64,000 nt of DNA from positions 192,001 through 256,000 of the forward strand of contig OY969934.1 in NCBI GenBank assembly GCA_963704725.1, given 5' to 3'. Below the pieces are notes generated by a model. It was not told the origin of the DNA. It saw nothing but the letters and a program-made list of their open reading frames with translations, and searched no databases. Shown piece by piece: positions 19,577 through 29,019 of this stretch (its first letter is position 1; each line of letters begins with the position of its first letter). Made by a program: the position numbers and the translations under genes. Origin of the DNA: an uncultured Actinomycetes bacterium. Its GTDB lineage: Bacteria; Actinomycetota; UBA4738; HRBIN12.

Positions 19577-20890
19577 TCAGGTCGCCCCTCGCTGCGGCGC
19601 CGTCCCGGCCGCGATGCGGACGAGCAGCGCGAGCAGGACCGAGTTGGACACCAGGCTCGAGCCCCCGTACGACATGAACGGGAGCGTCACGCCCGTCAGC
19701 GGGATCACCCGCGTCACGCCCCCGACGATCACGAACGTCTGGAGCGCGATCAGCGTCGAGAGCCCGGCGGCCAGGAGCTGCCCGAACCCCTCCCGGGCCT
19801 CGACCGCGATCCGGAGTCCCTTGCCCACCAACACGACGTAGAGCAGGAGCACGGCGGTCGTCCCGAGGAGCCCGAGCTCCTCCCCGATCGCCGCGAAGAT
19901 GAAGTCCGTGGCCGCGAACGGGATGAGCCCCGGCGATCCCTGGCCGAGCCCCGAGCCGACCAGGCCGCCGGTCGCCATGCCGAACTCGGCCTGGGCCACC
20001 TGGCCGTAGCCGACCTTGAAGACCTTCTCCGGATCGAGGGCGTGTAGCCAGATGTCCACGCGCAACTGCACGTGGTCGAACAGCGCCCACCCCGCGTACG
20101 CGCCGATCCCGAACAGGACGAGTCCGAGGATCAGGTACGCCACGCGCCCGGTGGCGATCCAGATCATCACCATGAAGATGCCGAAGTACAGGAGCGAGGC
20201 GCCGAGGTCCTTCTGCACGAACAGGATCGCCAGCGAGGCGCCCCACGCCAGCAGGACGGGGGCGAGATGCTTGGCCGCCGGCAACCGAAGCGGGCCGATC
20301 CGTGACGTGGCCACCTGAAGCAGCTCGCGCCGCTGGTTCAGGTAGGACGCGAGGAAGATCACGATGAGGACCTTTCCGATCTCGGCCGGCTGGAAGCCGA
20401 GCGGCCCGATCTGCACCCACAGCCGGGCTCCGTTGATGGTCCGGCCGATGCCCGGGACCATGGGCAGCATCAGCATGACGAGGCCGAGCAGGCCGATCGT
20501 GTACGTGTAGGCGTCGAGCATCCGGTGGTCGCGCACCACGACGAGCGTTGCCATGAACGCGAGCAGGCCGACGGCGATCCACGTGATCTGCTCGGCGGCC
20601 AGGCCCCCCGAGAGCCGGAAGATCGTCGCGAACCCCAGCCCGACGAGCACGCCGGCGACCGGGAACAACGCCGGGTCTGCCGTCGGCGCGTATCGACGGA
20701 TCACGACGAGCGAGCTCCCGTACCCCACCACGAAGATCGAGGCGTACAACGCGAAGGTGGCCGGGAGCTGTCCTCGCTTGCCGTAGCCGGCGATGACGTA
20801 CGCGCCGATCGACAGGATGAGCGCGAGGACCGTGAACGCGATCGCCGCGGCGATCGGGGAACGCGCGGACCGCGAGGCGACCCTGCTCAC
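19577..20890 (-). CDS. rodA: SEDS-family peptidoglycan glycosyltransferase
   Basis: QPAEIGK, DLG, TDFIFAAIGEELG, LPFMSYGGSS. Confidence 0.93.
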   Translation of the reverse strand: MSRVASRSARSPIAAAIAFTVLALILSIGAYVIAGYGKRGQLPATFALYASIFVVGYGSSLVVIRRYAPTADPALFPVAGVLVGLGFATIFRLSGGLAAEQITWIAVGLLAFMATLVVVRDHRMLDAYTYTIGLLGLVMLMLPMVPGIGRTINGARLWVQIGPLGFQPAEIGKVLIVIFLASYLNQRRELLQVATSRIGPLRLPAAKHLAPVLLAWGASLAILFVQKDLGASLLYFGIFMVMIWIATGRVAYLILGLVLFGIGAYAGWALFDHVQLRVDIWLHALDPEKVFKVGYGQVAQAEFGMATGGLVGSGLGQGSPGLIPFAATDFIFAAIGEELGLLGTTAVLLLYVVLVGKGLRIAVEAREGFGQLLAAGLSTLIALQTFVIVGGVTRVIPLTGVTLPFMSYGGSSLVSNSVLLALLVRIAAGTAPQRGAT

Positions 20891-22071
20891 GGCCCGCCGC
20901 TCTGGGCCCGAGCGACGTCCTGGCGGATCTGCTCCACGATGGCGTCGGCGGCGGCCCGGTCGTCGGCGGTGATGCCGTCGGGCAGGTTCCGGTACACGGC
21001 CAGAGACTCGGCCTCGGCGGCCGGGATGGTGGTCTCGACGACCACGGAGTTGAGGTGGAGGCGCCCGATCTCGACGGGGAGCCCTCGGAAGACCGCGACA
21101 CGCCCGTTCGAGACCCCCACGAACCACTGGCTGTCGATGTAGAAGCGCAGCGCCGTCATGCCGGCGATGAACACGACGAAGATCACCAGCGCGCGGAGCA
21201 CGAGAACCCGAGGGGTTCGCGCACGCAGCGGAGCCGGCACCTCGAGGATGGGACCGCGGGTGACGGTCCTCGCGTCCGGACGCTCCCCCGGAGTGGCGAG
21301 GGGCGCGGCCCGCCGGTCGGTGGCCTCGACCGTGGCTGTGGGCGCGCCCGCTCCTTCGTGGTCGCCCGGGCCATCGTCCGCGATGTCGAGGATCACGGCG
21401 GTGATGTTGTCGATGCCGCCGGCTCGGTTGGCCAGGTCGACGAGCTGCTGGACGGCCGCCTGCGGCTCGCGCGTCCGCTGCAGAACGCCCCGGATCTCGT
21501 CCTCGTGCACCATGCCGGTGAGCCCGTCCGTGCAGAGCAGCAGCCGGTCGCCGGGCCGGACGTCGACCGGCACCTCGTCGACCTGGACCGCGTCGTCGGT
21601 GCCGAGGGCGCGGGTGAGGATGTTGCGGTGGGGGTGGGTCTCGGCCTCCTCCTTCGTGATCTCGCCCTCCTCGACCATGCGGTGCACGAGCGTGTGGTCC
21701 TCCGTGAGGAGGAGGAGCTCCCCGTCGCGGTACAGGTACGCGCGCGAGTCGCCGACGTGCGCGAGCCGCACGCGCCCGCCCTGTACCAGCGCCGCAGTGA
21801 GGGTCGTGCCCATGCCGGCGACCGCCCGGTCCGACTGCGAGCGTTCGAAGACGGCGCGGTTCGCCGCCTCGACCTGCTCGATCAGCGATCCGTCGTGCGC
21901 GGAGAACATGCGCTCGACCGTCTGGAGCGCGAGGGTCGAGGCGACGTCGCCTCCCCGATGGCCGCCCATGCCGTCTGCGACGGCGAACAGCGGGTCGAGG
22001 ACGAGATAGGAGTCCTCGTTGCCCTCGCGCACCTGGCCGATGTCCGAGGCCGCGCCCACGAGGACCCTCAT
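20887..22071 (-). CDS. pstP: PP2C-family Ser/Thr phosphatase with TM and extracellular domain
   Basis: NED, VADGMGGH, HVGDSRAY, CTDGL, GGIDNIT. Confidence 0.93.
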   Translation of the reverse strand: MRVLVGAASDIGQVREGNEDSYLVLDPLFAVADGMGGHRGGDVASTLALQTVERMFSAHDGSLIEQVEAANRAVFERSQSDRAVAGMGTTLTAALVQGGRVRLAHVGDSRAYLYRDGELLLLTEDHTLVHRMVEEGEITKEEAETHPHRNILTRALGTDDAVQVDEVPVDVRPGDRLLLCTDGLTGMVHEDEIRGVLQRTREPQAAVQQLVDLANRAGGIDNITAVILDIADDGPGDHEGAGAPTATVEATDRRAAPLATPGERPDARTVTRGPILEVPAPLRARTPRVLVLRALVIFVVFIAGMTALRFYIDSQWFVGVSNGRVAVFRGLPVEIGRLHLNSVVVETTIPAAEAESLAVYRNLPDGITADDRAAADAIVEQIRQDVARAQSGGP

Positions 22072-22535
22072 CGCCGCAGCTCCAGCACGGTCTTCCCCAC
22101 CTTCACGACGTCGCCGGCGTGCACCGCCACGGCCTGCACGACGCGACGGTCGTTCAGGAACGTGCCGTTGGTCGACCCGAGGTCCTCGACGTACCAGCCG
22201 CCGTCCTGCCCGTACAGGCGCGCGTGCATCTGGGAAACGTACGAATCCTCCAGGCGGATCGCACACGCGTCGCCGCGGCCGATCTCCACCGAGCCCGAGA
22301 GCCGCACCGTCCGCGGCTTGGGCGTGTCGGGCTCGTGCACGACCACCTGCGACGGGGGCTTCCCGCTCTTCGAGGGCTTGGCCGGGGCGGCGGCGGGGGC
22401 GCGGTTGGGAGCGGCCCCCCGCTCGCGCCGGCGTCCGGCCACGTCCGCGGTCACCGACCGCACGGCGCGGAAGACGAAGAAGTACAGGAGCACGACCAGC
22501 GCGTACTTCAGGACCGACAGGACGAACGGTGACAC
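22068..22535 (-). CDS. fhaB: Membrane-anchored FHA protein
   Basis: N-terminal TM; IGR, S..HA, DLGSTNGT. Confidence 0.9.
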   Translation of the reverse strand: MSPFVLSVLKYALVVLLYFFVFRAVRSVTADVAGRRRERGAAPNRAPAAAPAKPSKSGKPPSQVVVHEPDTPKPRTVRLSGSVEIGRGDACAIRLEDSYVSQMHARLYGQDGGWYVEDLGSTNGTFLNDRRVVQAVAVHAGDVVKVGKTVLELRR

Positions 22536-23222
22536 TCAGCCCCTCCGGAACTCGAGGACGGTCTCCCCAATCGTGATGCGATCGCCGTCGTCGAGCACTC
22601 GCTCCCGAACCTCCTCGTCGTTCACGAGCGTGCCGTTCGTCGAGCCGAGGTCGGTCACGACGAACTCGCCGCCCGCGTTGGCGATCCTGGCGTGCTGTCG
22701 TGAGGCGCCGGGATCGGAGATCACCACGTCGCTCTCGGGCAGCCGGCCGAGCGTGAGGACGGGCTTGGCCAGCGAGTAGGTCCGGGCCGGCCGCCCGCCC
22801 TCGTACAGCGTGAGCGTGGCCTGCCCCGCGACGAGCGGCGCCAGCTCCTCCTCGCCCTCGACGAACGACGCCTCCACCTCGAACCGGCCTCGGGCGAGGT
22901 CCTCGTCCAGCACGAACTCGATCTCGGGCGGCCCGACCAGGCCCCAGCCGCGTTCGGCGGCGGTCTCCCTGACCACTCGCTTGAGCTCGGTGACCAGGGC
23001 GTGCTCGGCCTGCTCGAACCGTTCGCCGTCGGCCTCGGAGAGCGTGAAGCCGAACCGGTTGGGGGCCCACACCTCCCGCACGCCGACCGTCTTGTTCGCG
23101 TCCATCTCACGCATCAGGCGCTTGGCGAGCTCGACCGGTTGCACCCCGGAGCGGAAGGCCGAGGCGAAGAACCCCTCGACCAGGTTGCCGAGGCGTCGCT
23201 CGAAGTCTCGGAGGATGGGCAC
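22536..23222 (-). CDS. fhaA: FhaA (DUF3662 plus FHA)
   Basis: FERRL...VEG.F, VQPVELAKRL N-terminal domain; C-terminal FHA (LGR, SRQHA, DLGSTNGT). Confidence 0.9.
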   Translation of the reverse strand: MPILRDFERRLGNLVEGFFASAFRSGVQPVELAKRLMREMDANKTVGVREVWAPNRFGFTLSEADGERFEQAEHALVTELKRVVRETAAERGWGLVGPPEIEFVLDEDLARGRFEVEASFVEGEEELAPLVAGQATLTLYEGGRPARTYSLAKPVLTLGRLPESDVVISDPGASRQHARIANAGGEFVVTDLGSTNGTLVNDEEVRERVLDDGDRITIGETVLEFRRG

Positions 23223-23247
23223 GGGCGCCGTCCCGGGGTCGTCGTTC

Positions 23248-23264
23248 CCGCTGCTCAGCAGCGG
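23248..23264. promoter_or_regulatory. Perfect inverted repeat in the fhaA leader
   Basis: CCGCTGCT-C-AGCAGCGG, between a minus-strand TAGAAT -10 and the fhaA start. Confidence 0.4.
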
Positions 23265-23317
23265 TTCGGGGCGGATTCTACCCGCGGCCCGGGACCACGA
23301 ACCCGTCGAGCCGGGCG

Positions 23318-23611
23318 CTACGGAGGACTCGGGGCGCCATACGGCACGAAACCGAGGCGCTCCTCGGGCGACATCCTGCGGAGCCGGTGCGCGCGGATCT
23401 CGAGCAGTTCGGCGTACGGCGCGGTGACCAGGAGCACCGCGAACAGGAAGCGGAGGGTCGAGCCGTAGAACGGGGCAAGCATGTTCGTCGCGACGCCGAA
23501 GATCGTCACCACGATCACCGCGGCGAACGCGACCTCCCCGGCCACGGCGAACCAGTGGAGTACGTCTTCGTACCGGATCCGCTCTCCGGCGATGGTGAAT
23601 GACCCCCTCAT
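23318..23611 (-). CDS. Small hypothetical membrane protein
   Basis: 97 aa with two hydrophobic segments. Confidence 0.55.
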   Translation of the reverse strand: MRGSFTIAGERIRYEDVLHWFAVAGEVAFAAVIVVTIFGVATNMLAPFYGSTLRFLFAVLLVTAPYAELLEIRAHRLRRMSPEERLGFVPYGAPSPP

Positions 23612-23697
23612 CTCGGGTCATGCATCGGTACGCAACATCGATTCTTTGAGTGGGGAATCCGGGGGACAGGGGGAGTTGCTACGATGCCTGCCCCCAC

Positions 23698-23763
<66 letters not shown>

Positions 23764-23782
<19 letters not shown>

Positions 23783-24336
23783 CCGAACCCCAGGTTCGCC
23801 GGCCGCGCGATCTCGGGAACGCGCGCAGGCCGCGGGCGGTCGCGAACCACGCACCACGCGCACCAGGCGATCCCGGCCAGCAGCAGCAGGGTCCCGGCGA
23901 TCCGGACCATCGCGGCGATCGTGCCTGCGGCGTCCAGGGCGTCGAGGTGCTCGGGGCCGAGGACGAACGCCCAGTCGTGCTCGCCGCCGATGAGCTCGAG
24001 ACGCTGGTACGGCGCGTCGGCGATGTAGACGGCTGCGTCCCGGGCGGAGGTCCCGGCCCAGGCCAGACACAGCGCCGATCCGACGACGTCCGGCCGGACG
24101 AACGCGAAGTACGCGGCGAGCCCGAGCGGCACCGCCACCTGCGCGATCGACCCCATCGACGCGGTCACCACGTCGGGCAGCGGGTATGTGAGCAGGTGCC
24201 CGAGCTCGTGAAAGCCGAGGTCGACCAGGCCGAGCAGGGGGACCCGGAGGTCGCGGACGATCGAGAACCAGGCGAGCAGGAGGCAACCCGCGATCCCCGC
24301 GAGGGGTCGCCAGCGGCGTATGTCCGTTCGGCTCAC
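23764..24336 (-). CDS. Membrane protein with HExxH motif (M50B-like putative metallopeptidase)
   Basis: FHELGH within a hydrophobic region, downstream HDW, about four TM segments. Confidence 0.7.
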
Positions 24337-24421
24337 GCGCTAGGTATCGGCCGCCCCGACGGGGTCGATGAGGCAGATCCGTCGGGGAAGCCACTCTGGA
24401 GGCGGAGGGGCCGTCGCCGGC

Positions 24422-25822
24422 TCAGTGGCCGGCCACCGGCAGGACCGTCAGCGTCCCCTGCATCCCGGCCTCCCGATGCCCCGGGATCGAGCAGTAGAAG
24501 TCGTACACGCCCGCAGCGGCCGGGAACGTCTGGGTGACCGTGGCGTTCGCGTCGAGCGCGACCTTCACTCCGAGCTCGTCGATCGTGAAGTCGTGGGGGA
24601 ACGCGTCCAGGTTGTGCAGCGTGATCGTGACGTCGCCCTCGGTGGCCTCGAGATCCTTCGGCGAGAAGCCCGAGATCGCCACGTCGAGCCCGATCGCGTT
24701 CGCCGTGCCGCCGCCCGAGGACGTGCCCGAACTCGATCCGGTGGTGGCCTCACCGCCCGCAGGCGCGTCGCTCGTGCCCGGCCGGAACGGGGCGGTCCCC
24801 GCCGAGAACGGGTCGGCGAGCGTCGGGTACTCGGTCGGCGGGTCGGCGACTCCGGGGTCGACCTTGATGACCCCGAGCGCCCCGAGGCTTGTGTACGCGA
24901 ACGCGTGTGTCACGAAGGGGTAGAGCCCCGCGTCGGGGATCCGCAGCTCGAACATCGCCCCTGCGCTGGGCGCGATGGCGTAGGTCTGGAGCCCGTACAG
25001 CGTGTTGGCCGGATTGCCGTCCGGATGGACCTCGTCGAACGGCGTGCCGATGACGTGGAACGCGTTCGTGAGCGTGGGGCCGGCGTTGAGGACCCACAGG
25101 CGGATCAGCTCGTCGGGCCTGGCCTCCAGGGGCGCGTCGAGGTATCGGTTGAACCCTCCGTCGAACACGACCTGCGTCGGCGTGACCGCCATCATCTTGT
25201 CCACGTCGCCGACGTAGACGCCGTCGACCGGCTCGTCGGTCGCGTAGAACTCGCTCGAGACCATGACGTACTCGCGGGCCGGGGCCAGGCCGTCGGGCTC
25301 GACGATGATCGCGCCGTACATCCCGTTCGCGATGTGGTGCAGCACCGGCGGGACGCCGCAGTGGTACATGAAGACGCCCGGGAATCGGGCCACCCAGTCG
25401 AAGCTCGCGGACTCGCCGGGGGCCACGGGCTGGTAGTTCACGTCCCACGGCGTCTGGGCGGCGTGGAAGTCGATCGAGTGCGCGAGCCCGAGGCTCGACT
25501 CGTTGCGGAGCGTGAAGTGGACCGTGTCGCCGAGGTGCACCCGGATCACCGGCGCCGGCGCCGTGCCGTCGAACGTCCACACCTGGTAGTCGACGCCGTC
25601 GGCGATCGTCTGCGTGGTCTCCCGGGCGACCAGCTCGACATCGACGACCTCTCCCGACCCATCGCCCTCGATCCGGTATTCGGTTGCCTCGCTCCGTGTC
25701 CCCGGTGTGGCGGCGGCCGTGGGAGCCTCGTCCTTCGCCAGCGCCCCGATCCACGTCACGCCCACGATCAAGAGCGCGACCTCGATGAACACCCCAACCG
25801 CGATCAGCCGTCGCATCGCCAT
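24422..25822 (-). CDS. nirK: Copper nitrite reductase with N-terminal TM/signal and C-terminal cupredoxin
   Basis: HSIDFHAA, YHCG...HHIANGMYG, FHVIG, YPFVTH; C-terminal HDF...YCSIPGHREAGM type-1 Cu site. Confidence 0.82.
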   Translation of the reverse strand: MAMRRLIAVGVFIEVALLIVGVTWIGALAKDEAPTAAATPGTRSEATEYRIEGDGSGEVVDVELVARETTQTIADGVDYQVWTFDGTAPAPVIRVHLGDTVHFTLRNESSLGLAHSIDFHAAQTPWDVNYQPVAPGESASFDWVARFPGVFMYHCGVPPVLHHIANGMYGAIIVEPDGLAPAREYVMVSSEFYATDEPVDGVYVGDVDKMMAVTPTQVVFDGGFNRYLDAPLEARPDELIRLWVLNAGPTLTNAFHVIGTPFDEVHPDGNPANTLYGLQTYAIAPSAGAMFELRIPDAGLYPFVTHAFAYTSLGALGVIKVDPGVADPPTEYPTLADPFSAGTAPFRPGTSDAPAGGEATTGSSSGTSSGGGTANAIGLDVAISGFSPKDLEATEGDVTITLHNLDAFPHDFTIDELGVKVALDANATVTQTFPAAAGVYDFYCSIPGHREAGMQGTLTVLPVAGH

Positions 25823-25860
25823 CTCCTCCACCCCGACGTCGTTCGATACGTAGAGTAGAA

Positions 25861-25907
25861 GACTCAACGTTGGAGTCCAGGCCCAAGGTCCCGCTACACT
25901 GGGGACC
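25861..25907 (+). promoter_or_regulatory. nirK/rrf2 divergent control region
   Basis: Inverted repeat GACTC-N7-GAGTC (25861-25877); GGTCCC...GGGACC flanking a TACACT -10 located 7 nt before the rrf2 ATG. Confidence 0.55.
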
Positions 25908-26381
25908 ATGGACCTCACCTTCACCAAGCGGGGGAACTACGTCGTGCGGGCGGCCATCGCGCTGGCGGGGGCCTGGGACGGCGATGGATCGTTCCGCAAG
26001 CTCAAGGACATCGCGCAGGAGATGCGCCTGCCTCCGAGCTACACGCCGCAGCTCCTCGGCCTCCTCGCGAAGGCGGGGCTGGCCGAAGCCAAGGCGGGCC
26101 GGACGGGGGGCTACCGGCTGACGCGAGACCCCCGTCGCATCTCGGTGCTGGAGGTGGTGGAAGCCGCCGAGGGAAGCCTCGCCGCGCAGCGGTGCGCCGT
26201 CCGGGGAGGGCCGTGCCGGTGGGACGAGGCCTGTGCCCTGCATCCGGCCATGGACCGGGCGACCAGGGCCGTCCGAGCCTCGCTGGCTCGGACCACGCTG
26301 GCCGAGGTCGCGGAGATCGACCGCGGCCTGGGCGCGGGCCGGTCGGCAGGGGCGCGTCCCGCGTCGCGCCGGGCCCGCTGA
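25908..26381 (+). CDS. Rrf2-family Fe-S transcriptional regulator
   Basis: YVVRA, GRTGGYRL, ISVLEVVEAAEG; C-X6-C-X5-C-X2-H (IscR-like ligand set). Confidence 0.92.
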   Translation: MDLTFTKRGNYVVRAAIALAGAWDGDGSFRKLKDIAQEMRLPPSYTPQLLGLLAKAGLAEAKAGRTGGYRLTRDPRRISVLEVVEAAEGSLAAQRCAVRGGPCRWDEACALHPAMDRATRAVRASLARTTLAEVAEIDRGLGAGRSAGARPASRRAR

Positions 26382-26467
26382 GGGCCGTTCGGCGTGGGCG
26401 ATACGGGCCATCCGGCCCCTCTCGGGTACCTGCTCCCGGAGGTACCAAGAGGGCGGAGGCGAACGCC

Positions 26468-26737
26468 ATGCCGAGATGGGAAGGCTTCAGGCAGTGCCCC
26501 GGGTGCGGGTTCGACCTCGCGACGGGTGAGGGTGAGCGCTCGTGCGCGTGGGGCGACTGCCCGTACCTCCCGGAGCAGTTGGACGTGTTCTGCGACACGT
26601 GCCGCTTCAACTTCTTCACGATGGAGGGCAACCCCTCCTGTGAGGATCCCCTGGCCTGCGCGCACGCGGTGGAGCCGCTCGAGCACGTCGAGAACGTGAA
26701 GCGCTGGTACGACCAGCAACGCACGCCCACCGCCTGA
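26468..26737 (+). CDS. Cys-rich 89-aa hypothetical protein
   Basis: GGAGG RBS; 8 Cys arranged as CPGC, C-X4-C, CDTC, C-X5-C. Confidence 0.8.
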   Translation: MPRWEGFRQCPGCGFDLATGEGERSCAWGDCPYLPEQLDVFCDTCRFNFFTMEGNPSCEDPLACAHAVEPLEHVENVKRWYDQQRTPTA

Positions 26738-26765
26738 CGGCGGCCATCCCCTTCGGATCGAGCCC

Positions 26766-28319
26766 TCAGGCGTTCGCGACCACGCTGCCCGGCGCCTGTT
26801 CGTTTGGAGCGTCCGGCGGCGGGATCTGGGGGTGGCGGATCGGCAGCGTGACGATGAACCGGCTCCCCTCGCCGGGCTCGCTCTCGACGCGGATCGTGCC
26901 GCCCAGGTGCTGCAGCAGGTCCTGCACGAGCGACAGACCCAGCCCGGCCCCTCGGAACGTCCGCGTCGTGGACGAGTCCACCTGGTAGAAGCGATCGAAG
27001 ATCCTGGGGAGCTCCTCCTCCGGGATGCCGATCCCGTAGTCGCGCACCCAGAAGATGATGTGGTCGCCCTGGCCCCGCGCCTCCAGCTCGCACGGCGACC
27101 CGTCCGGCGAGTACTTGAGCGCGTTGTCCACGAGGTTCTGCAGGACGCGCGACAGCAGCTGCCGGTCGGTCGTCAGCACGGGGAGGTCGTCGGGGACGTT
27201 CACCTTGACCCGGTCGGCCTCGGCCGCGAGGCTCTCGACGACCTCGCGGACCAGGTCCTCGAACAGGACGCGGCCGATCGAGACGGGGAGCTGGTGGCTC
27301 TCCAGGTTCGAGGCGGTGAGCAGGTTCTCGACGAGGCGCAGGAGCCGGTCGCTCTGGCGCTCCATGCGCTCGAGGAACTCCTCCCGCAGCTGACGGTCCT
27401 CGGCGAACTCGGGCTGGCGGAGGGTCTTCGCGTACCCCATCAGCGCGGTCACCGGCGTCCGGAGCTCGTGCGAGACGACGGCGACGAACTCACCCTTCAT
27501 CCGGTTCAGCTCGCGGAGCTCGTCGACCGTGTGGTGCTCCTTCTCCAGGAGCTCGGCGAGCCGTGTGGCCTGCTCGGCGAGCGTCTCGTTCTGCTCCGCC
27601 AGGCGGTCGGCCAGCGCGCGGCTGCGGAAGTACATCTCCCGCGCGAACACCAGCGGACCGAGGAACACGACCACCGACCAGAAGCCCTCGGAGAGGTAGA
27701 ACTGGGCGATCACGGCCCCGAACAGCCCGAGGCCGATGTACGACAGGAGGAACTCGTACGGGGCCGAGCCGTGCATCCGTACCAGCACCTGCCGCACGGT
27801 GTATCCACGGGCGAAGGCCTCGAGCCGCGCGACCAGCCCGGCGTTGATCGCGTAGGCGCCGCTGGCGGCGAGGAGGATGCCCGGCAGGAGCTCGTACCAC
27901 ACCGAGTTCTTGTTCGCGACGAGGCCGAACAGGAGGCTGGCCGCGAGGATCGACAGCGCCATCTGGCTCCGGTTGAACAGCGCCTTGATCGGGCCGACCT
28001 CGCGACGGAACTCCCTCGGGTCCACCGAGCCGAGGAACGCGATCATCGTGGCGACGGGGGGCTCGAAGACGATCGCCACGCCGAGCAGGAGCGGGAAGCT
28101 GAGCGAGAGCTGGAGCCCGCCCCATCCCGGGACCGGGATCAGGTCGACCACGGCCACCGCGATGAGGAACAGAGGCACCCGGCCCAAGAGGACGTCCGGA
28201 CGGCCGGGGAGCGCGATCGCCAGGTAGGCGACCGTGGGGACGATGACGAGGAGCTGGTACGCCGTCTGCAACCACCGAGGGGCGGGGGTCCCCGGCTCGA
28301 TCGGCTGGGCCGTCTCCAT
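26766..28319 (-). CDS. Sensor histidine kinase with multi-TM (MASE-like) input domain
   Basis: About 6-7 TM segments with KALFNRSQ; HisKA SHELRTP; HATPase NLVDNALKY, DYGIG, GLGL. Confidence 0.92.
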   Translation of the reverse strand: METAQPIEPGTPAPRWLQTAYQLLVIVPTVAYLAIALPGRPDVLLGRVPLFLIAVAVVDLIPVPGWGGLQLSLSFPLLLGVAIVFEPPVATMIAFLGSVDPREFRREVGPIKALFNRSQMALSILAASLLFGLVANKNSVWYELLPGILLAASGAYAINAGLVARLEAFARGYTVRQVLVRMHGSAPYEFLLSYIGLGLFGAVIAQFYLSEGFWSVVVFLGPLVFAREMYFRSRALADRLAEQNETLAEQATRLAELLEKEHHTVDELRELNRMKGEFVAVVSHELRTPVTALMGYAKTLRQPEFAEDRQLREEFLERMERQSDRLLRLVENLLTASNLESHQLPVSIGRVLFEDLVREVVESLAAEADRVKVNVPDDLPVLTTDRQLLSRVLQNLVDNALKYSPDGSPCELEARGQGDHIIFWVRDYGIGIPEEELPRIFDRFYQVDSSTTRTFRGAGLGLSLVQDLLQHLGGTIRVESEPGEGSRFIVTLPIRHPQIPPPDAPNEQAPGSVVANA

Positions 28320-28879
28320 CAGGGGAGCGCCTCCACCGTCCGAAGGTCGGACGTGGGGCCCCAGTCACGGTGACGCATCGCGGCGACCACGAACCACATC
28401 ACGCCCCCGTAGGCCACGACGTCCCCGGCGCTCACGGCCTGCCCGATGGGCTGGGGGATCCCGATGCGATCGGCCAGGAAGGTCAGGTCGTCCTCGGAGG
28501 TCTGGAGGTGGTGCTTGGAGCCGCCGGCCGTCCGAAGGTCTTGGATCGTCGCCGTCTGTCCGGAGTCGACGAGCGCCTGGCGCGAGACGGGCATCCCCTG
28601 GTTCACCGCGATCACGAGGAAGTTGAGCCCGAGCCCAACAACGACGAGGGCGAACCCGGGCAGACGGCGGTTCATGACGGCCACGAACGAGAGCAGGACG
28701 AACGAGCCGAGGAGGGCGACGTTGCCGAGGGTTCCGGTGACCGGGAGGAACTGGAGGGCGACCCCGGCCAGCCCCGCCCAGGCGTGGCGGAACCGGATCC
28801 CACCGAGGTTGTGGAGCCGCCCGCCCAGCAGGTACCCGAGGCCGATGGCCAGGGCAAACGCGAACAGGATCAGCCGCAT
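28319..28879 (-). CDS. DUF5317-like membrane protein
   Basis: GGRL..L..IRF start, LNFLVIAVNQGMPV, FLADRI, SAGDVV; AGGAG RBS; TGATG coupling to the kinase. Confidence 0.82.
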   Translation of the reverse strand: MRLILFAFALAIGLGYLLGGRLHNLGGIRFRHAWAGLAGVALQFLPVTGTLGNVALLGSFVLLSFVAVMNRRLPGFALVVVGLGLNFLVIAVNQGMPVSRQALVDSGQTATIQDLRTAGGSKHHLQTSEDDLTFLADRIGIPQPIGQAVSAGDVVAYGGVMWFVVAAMRHRDWGPTSDLRTVEALP

Positions 28880-28936
28880 CGCTCCTCTTTATGTCACGGC
28901 CGGCCGACCGGCGCTATGACCCGCACAGGCGGTATC

Positions 28937-28962
28937 GACTTACGACGGAATCCCCTTAAGTC
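28937..28962. promoter_or_regulatory. Candidate operator between the DUF5317-like gene and the peptide gene
   Basis: GACTTA-N14-TAAGTC inverted repeat around GGAATCCCC. Confidence 0.45.
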
Positions 28963-29019
28963 CCGACCCCATCGTGCCGATGCCCCAACGGTACTGCCCC
29001 GGAAGAGGGAGGCGATGCC

